Part shown: in pieces, positions 1 to 11,925 of the stretch | How positions within the stretch are numbered: position 1 is the first letter of the stretch | How the letters are laid out: the number at the start of each line of letters is the position of its first letter | The notes under the pieces: generated by a model | Seen by the model: only the letters and a program-made list of their open reading frames with translations | The model's database searches: none | Told to the model about the DNA's origin: nothing | Translations under genes and position numbers: made by a program | Assembly (NCBI GenBank): GCA_965644495.1 | Contig: CBFFSA010000007.1 | Coordinates: 558,001 to 622,000, forward strand | DNA length: 64,000 nt | Source of the DNA: Perkinsela sp. CCAP 1560/9 | Taxonomy: Eukaryota > Protista > Euglenozoa: Kinetoplastea | Direction: 5' to 3'

Positions 1-740
1 GTATATCATTTATGCCCGCTTTCTTAAAGAATCACCGGACGCTTCGAGTAGAGGCCTTGTGTTTACTTTTTATTTCTTCCACAGTAACTGTTTTTCGGGG
101 CCTTCCGATGTTCTTCACAAGCTGGAGAGGAAATTTTCGCCAGGGAATTGGGAAAGATCCGGACGGAAGACTTGTTCGTCTCGCATTTCTTGTTTAATTG
201 CTGCTTGAATCACGATGATCAGAGATATCCTCAATGTCACTATCGCTTGGAGGGTCTTCAGAAATTTCAACGGTTTCCAAAAGATTTCCAGACTGTGCTT
301 TCTGTTTGAGATCGTCGATCAATGGACGTCTCCGTGGCTCATACCCCCACATTTCTCTTCGAATACCAGTGGCATCCCAAGACGCCAAAATGGAACTTTC
401 ACTAAGGTCATCTATCGCTTTGGCTAGGAACGAATATTTTCTTTGACGTGCGATATGTTGAGAAGAAGTGAATACCTTGGCTATGGCGCTATCCGGTTCA
501 TGAGACGAAAAAATATCCGAAACAAATTCATTCCACATTGACTGCGCCTTTGACTTCAGGCAGGCAATGACATACTGATCAGCAGGTTGGTAAATGTGGG
601 TTAGTCCTTCGGGAACACTGATGATAATGATGTTATGTTCCATGCAGATGTCCGCCATGCCTTCGAAGTTGTGTTGCGGGGCAGCATCGAGAATAAGACA
701 AATCGTATCGTTTACTTCGCTTCTACGCTGAATAGCCAAC

Positions 741-1729
741 GGCGGATTGTCAACACCAACGCACCACTTTTTTTTTCAAATGAGAATTTTTTTTGTCATT
801 TCCAGTACACCACGTTTTCCTAAAAACTATATTATCACTTCCAATGCACCATCAAATATTCAGAGAAGTACTAAAGCACCGTCCGGGTTATTATACCTAG
901 GGACACCTGAGGGGATGCGAATGACGTAAAGCGTTGTTTCGCGGTGTTTCGCGCTGTTTCGCGGTGTTTCAACACTAGGTAAGTCAAAAAGGAAATAAGT
1001 TACTTATAAAAGTAGCTATATTTTATTTGAAATAACCAATGAATGAAAGCAGAGTAGGCACTCGAGGGGGGCAAAATTAGGGAGTATGCCGCGGTGATCT
1101 CCATGCGTAAAAAAGATTAAAATATTAATGTACTATACATTTCAAAACTGAGCTTCACACTCATTCGCAAATAATAAAAAAGTTGAACACATTTCAAATA
1201 CTGTAACCCCCTTTAACGTAGAATAATGCGTTTTGTCTCTATGATAGGGGGGTTTGGGGGGGGGTATATTAAAGGGGGGTTACAGTACTGTACTTGGTGC
1301 TGATCTTCTCCACTTTACACTTTCGCACTTTGTATTCTTTTTTTCGCGCGACAGCGTTTTACTCGAGCTCGGGAAATCGAATGACACTGCCCGATAGGCC
1401 CTTTGCAGGGCATTCCACTTGGTCACTTTCCACTTGGTTGCTTTCAGCGCTTGCTTCGAGGGAAGTGGAAGCTTTCATGCGTTTTTGGCGCCATGCTGCG
1501 CATTTTGTAAATGTGAATAAATTCTTGTCTAATAAAATTTCTTACTCAAATCTTACACGTGTACTACGCTTTATTTAAATACTCTGGGTAAATTTTTATG
1601 GTGAAAGGAAAAAGGAACGATGTTCGACTATGGTGAGGCGCAGAAAACGGGAACGACCATCGACTATGGTGAAAAAAGTGGTGCGCTGGAGTTGACAATG
1701 GGGTGGTGCACTGGAGTTGAACATCCGGG
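741..1729. mobile_element. Non-autonomous insertion with imperfect TIRs and 3-bp AAC target duplication
   Basis: AAC at 738-740 and 1730-1732; CGGATTGTCAACACCAACGCACCA (743-766) versus reverse complement of 1704-1727 (CGGATGTTCAACTCCAGTGCACCA); excision restores the pogo frame. Confidence 0.75.
1201..1285. mobile_element. 85-bp MITE, TA-flanked
   Basis: TA-CTGTAACCCCCTTTAA ... TTAAAGGGGGGTTACAG-TA. Confidence 0.8.
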
Positions 1730-2797
1730 AACTCAACAAAGCACTCAAACCACTTTTGAAAGGTGTCGGTGGTTTGAAAGTGAGACTTTTCATTGTGGTG
1801 TTGTTGAATTTTTGGATGTTCAGTCTCTACCTGGGTGTGCACTCGATTCGTTTTTCCCTTCCAAATAATTTGCATGTTTATCAATTCCCCGTTCGCTGAT
1901 GTGAGGACCGAAGCTGTAAAACCGGCCTTCTTTTCGCGCACAACTATTCGACGTTTGTCCCTACGAAGATGCCAAGTCCAACGCCGGGTGGAACCGTGTA
2001 AAAATGCAAAAAATTCGTCCATATTGTACGTATTCTGCTGTTGTGCGGAAGTGCATTTTAATTCCTTATAGAACTCCTCGCCGCCTACAATCGCCTTCTG
2101 CACGTTTGTAACGAGTGTGCTTGTCGCCGAATAAACGCTCGCCCCATGTTTTTGAAGAAAACAACGAGCCCAGAATGTACTGAACACATGGATTCCACCA
2201 TTTTTGCGCAAAGAATTTCCTAGCTGACGCTTTCGAAAAGCGGCTATGACAAGGGAAACGATTAATGATGTGTCAACCGTTTCTCCATTGTCCCGAATCC
2301 TAATAAAATTTTCTAGAACCTCGTTTTCACACGACTCCGTTAAAATTGAGACTCTACCCCGTTTTCGAGGTGTGAAATACGTCTTACACTCCTTATAGTA
2401 CGATAGCCAACGACAAACGGAAGAATACGTAACTTTATTTTGGTTTTTAGCAATCCATCGTTCCACAGCGCTAGTGCTTCCAAAAGTGCGTGCAAGATCT
2501 GTTATGGTCTTGATTGCTTCCGTCCCCCAAACTTCGCGAGAGGATGAACGATCGGAGGACGCAGAACATAAAGTGAGGTCGATGGGCATAGACATAAAAA
2601 AAGTATTTTTTTTCGGGGCTTAAACTAATCTAAATAATCTAAAAAATAACCGTAATATAATCCACTCGTATTTGAATACTTCACTGTAATCCACTCGTAA
2701 ATTAATAATTTTTGAACACACTTTTTGAGTAACTTTTAGGCGCCCAAGCCATTGGATTTGTCTGTGATAATTTTATAAAGGTTTCTGTTTCGTATGA

Positions 2798-2947
2798 AAG
2801 TGAGGTCGATGGTGATAGACATGAAAAGAAGTATTTTTTTTCGCAGCTAAAAAGAATCTCAATTAAGAATAACCGTAATTATTAATTATATGTTTAATGA
2901 TTAAACATAACCGTAATATAATCCACTCGTATTTGAATACTTCACTG
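2798..2947 (-). repeat. Diverged duplicate of the pogo left end (copy of about 2571-2686)
   Basis: Shared AAGTGAGGTCGATGG and ATAACCGTAATATAATCCACTCGTATTTGAATACTTCACTGTA. Confidence 0.8.
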
Positions 2948-3147
2948 TATCTTTTATAAATAAATACTAAACCAAATCAGACAGAACCAAATCAGATAGT
3001 AGCGAGTAACACCGCGCAAATAAAACTGTCTGACCGCATCCAGTATTTTTTTAGATTTTGCCGTTGGGAAAATGTCCTTTTTGACCGGAACGTTTAGTGC
3101 TGATCAATCGAATTTATATTGATTATTATTTAAAACAAATACCTCAT

Positions 3148-3923
3148 ATGGCTGAAACACGGGGTAGAATTCGCACTATAACACTCCCTCTTGAGGTCCA
3201 GCTGTACCGCGTTGTGCAGGGGATAAAAAATCCCCATTCTTCTTGGAACACTACAGTACCCGGATGTGAGTGGGGAGGCGTATATTGTGACAAGAGTGGG
3301 ATTCTGAATGAGATAAACTGGAGTTGTGGAAAATTTCTGGGTCATATTCAGTTGCAATTTATTCCCGAAACGCTGATTAGGTTTGAGTTGGGAGGAAATT
3401 TTGGTTATCGGTGGGGCCTATGCAACAATTTAACAGGTGTTGTTCCTTTTGACTCTCTTCCAGCATCTCTCATCTTCCTTGACGTTTCGGAAAAAATTTT
3501 CAGGGAGGTGTCGACCTTACATCACTTCCTATGCAACTTGAACACTTGAACGGGAGAGAGAATAAGTTTCGAGGGACTTTAGACCTTACCCTTCTTCCCG
3601 CTTCTATGGTTCACCTTGAGCTTGCCATGAATAACTTGCATGGGACTTTGAACTTCACTAACCTTCCGAGATCTCTCAACTGGCTTAACCTCAACGATAA
3701 CAATTTTTCGGGTACAATTGATTTTCGTTACTTACCGAAATTGGAAATGCTGTACTTGCGGTCCAACCAATTCGAAAAATGTGTGGGCTTGAATTCATGT
3801 GAATTGTGCTGCTCTTTGTCAGGAAATCCAGGTTTGGAAACTGATGAAGAATATCAAGCATGGGTGCGGAAGAATCAAGAAGACGCTCTCGCTCGATTCG
3901 GCACCACCAATTATTTTTTGTAG
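3148..3923 (+). pseudogene. Leucine-rich repeat protein with a frameshift near 3495 (pseudogene or homopolymer error)
   Basis: N-cap CEWGGVYC then LxLxxNxFxGxLDLTxLP repeats split over ORFs 3097-3549 and 3531-3923; shift lies in an A6T4 run. Confidence 0.75.
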
Positions 3924-5555
3924 CTACCACCCCGCTCACCCATCATTTTTCATCAAAAGGGGGCAACGTTTAAGAAATAACAATCCATATCTGTTCGAAT
4001 AAACTTATCCAAAATGATCAACAAAAAGAACAGTAGCAGTGGCCCACCGTGACCCACTATGGCCCCGAGTGGACCCGGGTGGACCCAAAATGGACTTTTG
4101 GGTCCCAATCTTTCAACCCAATTTTCAAGGGGTTCTATGCAGTCTGTACAGTCAGCGCGTGACGCCTCGTGACGCTTCGTGACGTTTCGTGACAACCAAG
4201 ATTAAGATTTACTTGACGCCATTTATTTAAGTCCGTCCAGCATCAGAGCTCGCACCACCATTTCGGAACACAACTGTCTAATGTACTAGACAGTTGACAA
4301 CGTACTCCACATACATGTATTTCGGCTGGTAGCAGTGGGGGGTCGCATCGATGTAAATAGGTACAGCGTCCACTGCTGTTACAACTGATTCGCCCCAAAA
4401 TACACGTCGTATTTTTTTCGTGCGGAATTACCGATTTTGCGCAATCTTTGCAATCCAAAGGCTCCAGGACTTCTACAAAACGAACAAAAAAGCGAGAGAT
4501 TTTGCCAATGCAGCTTTGCTCCGACCATCCACGTTTCCTCATGTGGAATGCCAGTATTATACCTCCTACCACTATAACGGAAAAGAAAACTGGCCAAATG
4601 ATCTGAATTTTTGCTCTCACGCTTACGTAGTATTCCGAATCTAGTCTTCCGCTCGATCAGGCTTAAAAGAATATAGCTTAAAAGAATATGTGCTTGGCGC
4701 CCTCCATCAGATCAGCTTCCCAATCTCCATATCTTCTTTGTTGTTGATCACTTCAAATGTTCGGAAAACGCGATTGAGGATAAGAAATCAATTGGAGACA
4801 CGGCCAGGCCGACACCCGCGTGATCCTCCACGACGTAGAAAGCATCTCAAGTTTCCACCGAAACGTTCATTCTGGTGGCGGTGCAGCTTGAATTTCGTTA
4901 TTTTGCGCCGCTTTGACGAGAAGCGGTACGCCGGCACTGACGACACTTTTGGCAGACGCAAGGCCATTTCTCCGAAACAGAGCGCCACACACTTTCCATA
5001 AACTTCACCTTGGCGACGGGGAGCAAAGACTCTTTGCTCCCCTCTTTAAGAGGGGATCTTCTTCGAGATCCGCACTGGCCTCTCCAAGGAAGTACACGCT
5101 CCGGTAGCAGACGCTCGGAAGAAGATGCGACGATCAACCATGTGGAACAGGACGCGTAATGGACCTGGTGAATTCAATGCCGCACACAGAACGTGCAATA
5201 CGTAAAAAGTTGTTCATCGTGCGTTTCACGCGGACTGCGATCCTTCGTTCTAAAAGAACGATTCGTTCCGCACAATAAGTTCCAAAACAAAACAATTTTG
5301 GAGTAAAAAGTGTACTCGCGGTTTAGTAAATTTGAAAACGATGAAAATCTAAAGAAGTACGCAAACGTAGGTGTTAATTTGAGCTTTATTTTGTGCAGTG
5401 ACTTATAATCTTCTTTGGGTGAGATTATCAGCAACCCAGTGAGGGGTCCGAACAGAAGTGTGCAAACTAACGTGATCTATACTAAAAACATATTGTGTAG
5501 CAACGAACTATCTTTATATGATTTATCTTTATTTTGATAATAAATTAATTGGAAT

Positions 5556-5996
5556 ATGGGTTTGACAAGCTTTCGAAAAGCATTATCGCGAGTGTATCCT
5601 GGGTCTTCTTTGCTAACTACAAAGAATGCAGGCAAAGAGGTTCAAAAAACATCACAAGATGGATCCAGTTGGTCTTTAGCTAAATCAGCCTTGAAGTCGT
5701 TTTTGTCACCAGTTGATGACGGGCAAATTTATGGCGGGGAGACAGGAAAAATGCCTATTAATGACTGGGCTTTTTGGTTGGAGCGGACATGGCGGTGTCC
5801 TTGTGGACATACTTTCCGCGCTGCCGGCACGTGGGTTCCCACTGAACCTTCGCTATGTGAAGCGCCCGGATGTCCAAATCCCAGGTTTTTCACTTTAGAG
5901 AAAAACAAGCATCTACTAAAATTGACTCACAGTTCGGACAAATCAATAAAACTTGGAGCGAAAACAAATGTTGCTCCTGGTCCAAAGGGCTCATAG
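5556..5996 (+). CDS. Hypothetical protein with Cys motif (CPC...CEAPGC), possible zinc ribbon
   Basis: 146-aa ATG ORF on the cluster strand, AT-rich leader. Confidence 0.6.
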   Translation: MGLTSFRKALSRVYPGSSLLTTKNAGKEVQKTSQDGSSWSLAKSALKSFLSPVDDGQIYGGETGKMPINDWAFWLERTWRCPCGHTFRAAGTWVPTEPSLCEAPGCPNPRFFTLEKNKHLLKLTHSSDKSIKLGAKTNVAPGPKGS

Positions 5997-6615
5997 CATA
6001 GGTACGCTTTCATTACTTGTACAATATTGCATAATGCAATAAAAGGAACCGGAACAGCGTGAAGAGTAGTTTTCCTTGGTATGGGATATGACGATTGTCT
6101 CCAAACATACCCTATCTTGTAGCCCTCTGGCTGTTATTTCGGTGGTCAAAAGATTATACATTGTATATGCAGATGTACATGACACATACAGTACATGTAC
6201 ACATGTAGTGCTGACATGTACAGCAGATACACGTACATGTACGTGTGTACTGTAGACGTATTTCGCAGATATACCACGTATCTTGTACCGCGGGAACCTA
6301 GCTGTGCCAGGATTAGTAACTATCGATAATAACTATCGTTTCGTAACATTTGTGGCTAATCTGCTGCTTATTTGCGAAGGGGTTTGTTTCAGCTACATGT
6401 ACTTTTCTTTGTACAAATAGTCAACATACGATTAGCCAGTATTGCTGCTGAAAGCAGTGTAGGTCGTAAAATAATAACTACAATGTAGAAACAGTAGGGG
6501 AGTGATAGACATGCTAGATTTTGAGGTCAAAAGCATTTCAAAGTACATCTGCCAAAGTACATTTCAAATGAAAAGTTCAGGAGTAAAAGTACATTCACAT
6601 TTTCATGTTACTGTA

Positions 6616-7440
6616 ATGTCCCGCAATATAATTCTAATTGTCGAGCACTTGGAAGATGGCATTGGTCAATGGACCAAACTTGAATACTTGCATATCTTGC
6701 AAATTGCAGAAGCGCTATGGAGAGAAACTATTACTAAACAAAAAAACCTTGTTGGAAGGCAATCGGAACAGGCAATCAACTTAGAGATTGTCTTTTCAAA
6801 TATGAGCGAGAAGGAATCTAATGAGCTGGGCCAAAGCTTCACAACTCCACTAGGAGTCGGTTGTTCGATATTTTCAATCACTATTTCGTCCCTCACATGC
6901 GCGGAATACGCGATCAGAAAATGTAAAGCTTTTTCAGAAGAATATTCAGCATGTGGAATTCCGCTTGTTTGCGTGTTAGATCCTCAATCCTCACACAGAC
7001 TCACTGAAGAAATTTTTCCTACGGATGCTAAACATGCTGAGACTTCTTCACTACTTGTATTATCCGTAGGTGGCATTCTAGGGGCTCATCCTATGGATGG
7101 ACGAACTTATCGTGAATTGACCTCTACTTTTGGAGAAGCTCTTCATTCTAGCGTTCAGCGCGAATATTTCAAACTTTGCACGGCTCACCTAGGACATAAG
7201 CAAATGACCACAGATACTGCAGCGATAGTTGCGCTGAAAGTTATTTTGCAAGAAGCGAAACTAGAAGGGCTTGAATACGTCGATGATCCAAAATTTCGTC
7301 TGTCCAAAATAGAATCTATAAAAATGAACGGATTTAGGTATCTTTGTGACTCGAATAGAAAAGATTTCACGCGTCGAACAGCTCTTTTGCCGAAAGGCAT
7401 GCTTGACTACTGGAAATCCGAAGATTTTACTTTGAATTAA
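6616..7440 (+). CDS. SFM1: SFM1-like SPOUT methyltransferase (DUF431 family)
   Basis: IVEHLE..W..LEY, VCVLDP, GGILG.HP..GRT and LG.KQMTTDTA motifs; ORF is open from 6502. Confidence 0.85.
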   Translation: MSRNIILIVEHLEDGIGQWTKLEYLHILQIAEALWRETITKQKNLVGRQSEQAINLEIVFSNMSEKESNELGQSFTTPLGVGCSIFSITISSLTCAEYAIRKCKAFSEEYSACGIPLVCVLDPQSSHRLTEEIFPTDAKHAETSSLLVLSVGGILGAHPMDGRTYRELTSTFGEALHSSVQREYFKLCTAHLGHKQMTTDTAAIVALKVILQEAKLEGLEYVDDPKFRLSKIESIKMNGFRYLCDSNRKDFTRRTALLPKGMLDYWKSEDFTLN

Positions 7441-7468
7441 AGCCGCACAAGAGTAATAGCTAGAAGTA

Positions 7469-7680
7469 CTGTGCCCCCCACTTCTTTTTCGTAGTCCCCC
7501 CCACCTGAATTGTCCTTTTTGACGAGACTGGGCATGAGGCTTTATCCGAACGCTTTGGAGATTCCTAAAATAATGAAAAAAAGTTTGGGACCTTTGTTTC
7601 ATCTAACCAAATAAATTGACCCCCCCACTTAATTGTTCTTTTTTCGGAAAAGTGGTGACAAATAAGTGGGGGGGGCACTG
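7469..7680. mobile_element. MITE with internal subterminal repeats
   Basis: CTGTGCCCCCCACTT ... AAGTGGGGGGGGCACTG; internal CCCCCACYTRAATTGT repeats. Confidence 0.65.
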
Positions 7681-8297
7681 TGCTTTTTTTTGAGTTTCTT
7701 TATCTTTACCAGGGGGCATGGATGACTCCAACTCGTGGCAGAAGTGTCTAAAAGGGTGACTACGAGTTTGGGATTCATAGTTTTAGCACTTTGGCGCATG
7801 AGTCATGTACAGAAGTCGAATACTCAAATTTGTAAGCTCTTTCAGGGAATCTAGTGAATTCTGGGTATCGAAGTGCGATGTCGGGTGAGGCACCGTTTAC
7901 TTGCCTTCTCAACGTTTATCTCTGGAGGCTGATACCGTCGGGCGACTGAAAGTCTGTTGTTTCAGTAACATTGATTCGCATATTGTTTAGCGCATCATTT
8001 TCCTTATCCTGAAAACACGACCACAGGGAAAAAAATCGAAAGTCACACGAAAAAACTGAAATCAATTCATTGTTTCAATAATGGAATTTTAACAATAAAT
8101 TAATTTAGCGCTTGTTAACATTAAACGAATATTAACAATAAACGAATCATCCTTTAAATCCTTGCAAAACGTCAAGTCTTGCCAATCGGGGAGTTTTTTC
8201 CCTTTGCACTTTCGTTTCTGAGATTCACAGTTTCTAATCTCTATCTCTACCGTTTACTTCAAAAAATACCGTTTGCTCGTTTATACATCAAGAATTC

Positions 8298-10445
8298 ATG
8301 GAGTCTTTTTGCGGCGACAAGGACGCACTGCAATCGTACCTTCATGAAGCGTTCGCTACTATCGAAGCGTGTTCCAAAGCAGCGGCTCAGCTTCCTCGTG
8401 GGGACGAGTTCGACTACGCGAGTGTCTTCGAAGAATTTTCCACCCCGATACAGCAAAGCACGGAGGCTCTTGTTCAAGTACTACGGTCTTTGTGGGGGTC
8501 GCACTTAGGAGAAAACAGTGAAGTTTTGCAGTCCATTCGAAGCACTCAAAACGCTGCAACACTCCAGTCGATCGTGCTGCAAGGATTGCGCACGATGCTA
8601 GAAAACGTAGATACCTGTCTCGATGAACTCTCGGGACAGAAAATGAAAGGCGGCGATCAAGAGGCTCTTCAGTTCGACAATAATCAGACTGCCTCGACGG
8701 TGCCAGAGACTAAGACAACCCGCATCAAATTGGATCCACCTCCTGACAATAGCAATACCCCTTTTCGCCCTCTTTTATGGAACCCCGATGGGACCTACAC
8801 CCGAGGCGACCCCGATACTCACCCCTACGAGGACCTCATTCGAGACTGGGTTATCCCCCCTGGTCACCTCCTCAAAACCACCGAAACCCCTCCCGCCCCT
8901 TTAGCCACCACCCCTTGCCACTTCCTCACCACGGAACCCGAAATCACCCGCCTCGCCGCCACCCTCGCCTCCCTCCCCGCCTTCGCCGTGGACCTCGAGC
9001 ATCACGCCCTCTACTCCTACCAAGGCGTCACCTGCCTGATGCAAATCAGCACCCGCACCTCCGACTACCTCCTCGACACCCTCCTCACCCGCCCCTTCCT
9101 CCACCACCTCGCCCCCCTCTTCCTCTCCCCCACCATCACCAAAGTCTTCCACGGCGCCCGGGAGGACATCCAGTGGCTCCAGCGCGACTTTGGGCTCTAC
9201 GTCTGCAACCTCTTCGACACCGGCCAAGCCCTCGCGGCGCTCCACTACCCCCAGAGCCTCTCCTACCTGCTGAAACACTTCTGCGACGTCGCCCCGGACA
9301 AGTCGTTTCAGCTCGCGGACTGGAGGACCCGGCCGCTTACCCCGGCCATGGTCGCCTACGCCCGAGGGGACACCCACTACCTGCTGTACTGCCACGACAG
9401 GCTGCGGAACCTGTTGCTGGGGGAGGGGGGGGCCCCCGCGAGCAGTACCGTGGTGGTCGGCAACCTGTGCCGCCACGTGTGGGAGATGTCCCGCGGGTTG
9501 TGCCTGAGGCGGTACGAGAAGGGGGCGGGGGGGAGCCCGGTGGAGGGGGTGTGTGACGCCGTGCTGGGGAGGCACTACGGGGGGATGGGGTACCGGCAGG
9601 TCGCGGTGACCCGGGGGGTGTACCGGTGGCGGGAGGAGAGGGCGCGGGGGGAGGATGTGAGTCCCGGGGTGGTGCTGTCGAATGCGGCGGTGGTGCGGGT
9701 GGGGTATGGGGTGCCGCGGGAGGAGGGGGAGTTGGTGAGGTTGTGTGGGCCAGGGTACCGCGGGGGGGGAGAGAAAGGGGTGGAGGAGTTGTTGGAGGTG
9801 GTGAGGAGGGCGGCGGAGGAGGCGGTGGAGGGGGAGGTGCCGGGGGGTGGGGGGGTGGGGGAGGGAGCGGGGGTGGGGTATGGGGGTGGGACGCGACGTG
9901 GGGGGTTTGTTTTTGATCCGAGTCTGTCGAAGGTGCATGTGCCACGTTCAGGGACGTTGCCGAGTATTGAAGGTGTTCCTCCGTTGTTTGGTTTTGGAGA
10001 AGACGGAACAACGAAGGAAAGTCTCGTATCGAATTTAGCGAAAGGCTCTCCTGGTGAGGATAAAACATCTTGTAGCTCTTTGTTTGCCGCTTACGAGTAT
10101 TTACAAAAGGTGCACGGAGAAGCAGAGCTAGTAAAACTTCAGGCACTGAGTTCTCAGTTGTCTTCAGTGGCGGCGAAATCCCGAACGCGTCGCCGTGTGC
10201 TGGAACGTCTGGCGAAGAAGAATACGGAGGAGCCAAAGGTTGAGATTTTGGTACCTAAACCTGAGGTCGAACTCAAGGACGAAATTGCAATCGAAATGCT
10301 TCCTGAAACCGAGGAAAATAAAGAATCGGGGGATGTAGTGGCAGACACTGTTCCCCTTACTATGCGGGAGCGCTATGGAGCTCAAGTCGGGCCAGACGGT
10401 CGGCGCCCGAAACGGAAAGCTGCGACGTGGTATCAACAAGCATAG
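8298..10445 (+). CDS. RRP6: Exosome 3'-5' exonuclease RRP6
   Basis: PDNSNTPF, HPYE, FAVDLEHH..SYQG.TCLMQIST, WLQRDFGLY, QLADWR.RPL, YARGDTHYLLY, HRDC region. Confidence 0.95.
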   Translation: MESFCGDKDALQSYLHEAFATIEACSKAAAQLPRGDEFDYASVFEEFSTPIQQSTEALVQVLRSLWGSHLGENSEVLQSIRSTQNAATLQSIVLQGLRTMLENVDTCLDELSGQKMKGGDQEALQFDNNQTASTVPETKTTRIKLDPPPDNSNTPFRPLLWNPDGTYTRGDPDTHPYEDLIRDWVIPPGHLLKTTETPPAPLATTPCHFLTTEPEITRLAATLASLPAFAVDLEHHALYSYQGVTCLMQISTRTSDYLLDTLLTRPFLHHLAPLFLSPTITKVFHGAREDIQWLQRDFGLYVCNLFDTGQALAALHYPQSLSYLLKHFCDVAPDKSFQLADWRTRPLTPAMVAYARGDTHYLLYCHDRLRNLLLGEGGAPASSTVVVGNLCRHVWEMSRGLCLRRYEKGAGGSPVEGVCDAVLGRHYGGMGYRQVAVTRGVYRWREERARGEDVSPGVVLSNAAVVRVGYGVPREEGELVRLCGPGYRGGGEKGVEELLEVVRRAAEEAVEGEVPGGGGVGEGAGVGYGGGTRRGGFVFDPSLSKVHVPRSGTLPSIEGVPPLFGFGEDGTTKESLVSNLAKGSPGEDKTSCSSLFAAYEYLQKVHGEAELVKLQALSSQLSSVAAKSRTRRRVLERLAKKNTEEPKVEILVPKPEVELKDEIAIEMLPETEENKESGDVVADTVPLTMRERYGAQVGPDGRRPKRKAATWYQQA

Positions 10446-10776
10446 TGGAAAGGGTGTATGATTTCGAAGTGCCCCCTAGCTAGGAGACCTTCATTTGTCA
10501 AAGCAAAGGAGTTACACCAAGTCTTAACGCATTCGCATCCTTGTGTTGTATTATTCAATAAGATCTTCTCAAACCGAAATTTATCGTCTATCGTTAATGG
10601 CATGTTATAGAGAGGCTAATGCTGAGAAGTCTACAATTTGTTTTCCAAAAGAGTGTAGAAAAATGGAAGCTATCCTATTCTCATGTTTTTACGGTGTACT
10701 GTCACGAGAAAATGTGTTGCACAGGATAGTTTAGCTTTTTTTAAATTTCAGTGTATTCGAAAATTATTATACTCGA

Positions 10777-11178
10777 ATGAGTGTCGCCGTGCCACGTAAT
10801 TTTCGACTTCTTACGGAACTTGAGAGCGGGGAAAAAGGTGGAGATGGCTATACATCATATGGGTTAAAGTCTCTTGAAGATACGATGTTGCATTATTGGT
10901 CAGGCACCATATTAGGACCCGCAGGAACGCCTTTTGAAAATCGAATTTATTCGCTTGACATTTATTGTGACGATTCGTATCCTGATAAACCTCCCCAGAT
11001 ACGCTTTATTACCCCAATTTCCCTTGCTTGTGTGGATAACAGAGGAAATGTGACGTCAAACTTCGCTTTGTTTAAAAAATGGAAGGAAGAATGGACTCTT
11101 TCGAAATGTTTATCGTCCCTCCGCTCTGAGATGCTAAGCACCAAGAACAGAAAACTAAGGCAGCCCCGGGAATCCTAG
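10777..11178 (+). CDS. MMS2: Ubiquitin-conjugating enzyme variant MMS2/UEV1
   Basis: VPRNFRLL.ELE.GEKG, SYGL, W.GTI.GP..T.FENRIYSL. Confidence 0.93.
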   Translation: MSVAVPRNFRLLTELESGEKGGDGYTSYGLKSLEDTMLHYWSGTILGPAGTPFENRIYSLDIYCDDSYPDKPPQIRFITPISLACVDNRGNVTSNFALFKKWKEEWTLSKCLSSLRSEMLSTKNRKLRQPRES

Positions 11179-11511
11179 CTCCGGTATCTCGGACAAGGAG
11201 TTGAGTCCTCTGTTATAGACTACAATCAAATAGGCTATTCGATTTGGTCAATGTGACTCACTGTGACTTCGCTTTCCCTATTTTCTTCCACGTTTACAGT
11301 ATAGTGTGTGCAGTGCTGTAGAGTAAAGTTTCCCCCAATTCATATCTTGGCCTTTCGTATGCTATGATCGACGCTTTTATTTGTGCGCCTATCTTCTAGT
11401 TTTGACAATGGCAGGATTTGAAAATCTAGGAAAATTGAGACGCAAAACAAACGAAGTATGTTGGATTTATAGTTTAGAATTTAATTTTACCATTTTTTTC
11501 AGTTTCTCAGA

Positions 11512-11925
11512 ATGAAATCTTTTCTGCAACCTAGGAAGAGCACGCCGTCAGCTAACATGTTGTCATTTTGTGGTACGCGGCGTCATCCTTTAATCCACAC
11601 GGCACCCTCGCTGGTTACCTGTTCGCGATCAGTTTCAACCATCTCCACAACTTGCGCAGCTCTGAGCGAAGGCTTATATCAACATTTCGTGCTAGGATGG
11701 TATCCGTTTCCTCATGCTGGAGAGCTGTTGCTATCTCCATACGGCTCTTTAGCTTGGCTCGCGTTGGGATATAACTTAAGTGTCACAGGACCGCATCACA
11801 TACAATACACCGTAGATATGTTTATCCGAGATTACATTCAAGATCCCGTACTCTGTATTGTTCTTCGCTATCTACTTATACTCTCTATGATTGCTCTGAT
11901 TCTTCAGATAGTCATTGAAGTGTAA
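11512..11925 (+). CDS. Small membrane protein resembling succinate dehydrogenase anchor subunit SDH4
   Basis: Basic/Ser-rich presequence-like N-terminus, hydrophobic helices, H...(F)IRDYI motif. Confidence 0.55.
   Translation: MKSFLQPRKSTPSANMLSFCGTRRHPLIHTAPSLVTCSRSVSTISTTCAALSEGLYQHFVLGWYPFPHAGELLLSPYGSLAWLALGYNLSVTGPHHIQYTVDMFIRDYIQDPVLCIVLRYLLILSMIALILQIVIEV

Larger units (their letters stand above)
194..2686 (-). mobile_element. pogo/Tigger-like (DDE_1) DNA transposon; transposase split by an insertion
   Basis: ORF 2595-1730 has HTH/CENPB-like N-terminus and YNMDEF; ORF 737-194 has LILDAAPQH and VPEGLTHIYQPADQYVI. Removing 741-1729 plus one AAC copy gives a continuous 469-aa frame (KWFECFVELAIQRR). 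Left end TA-CAGTGAAGTATTC at 2686. Other terminus not seen in the window. Confidence 0.85.

Noticed and set aside
4243-4620. Cys-rich 125-aa minus-strand ORF with hydrophobic N-terminus
   Set aside because: Antisense to the cluster, no recognisable family, repeat-rich context; cannot be supported or excluded.
7719-7779. SECIS element
   Set aside because: Has an ATGA/GA-like core, but no proper apical AA, and the upstream gene has no in-frame TGA.
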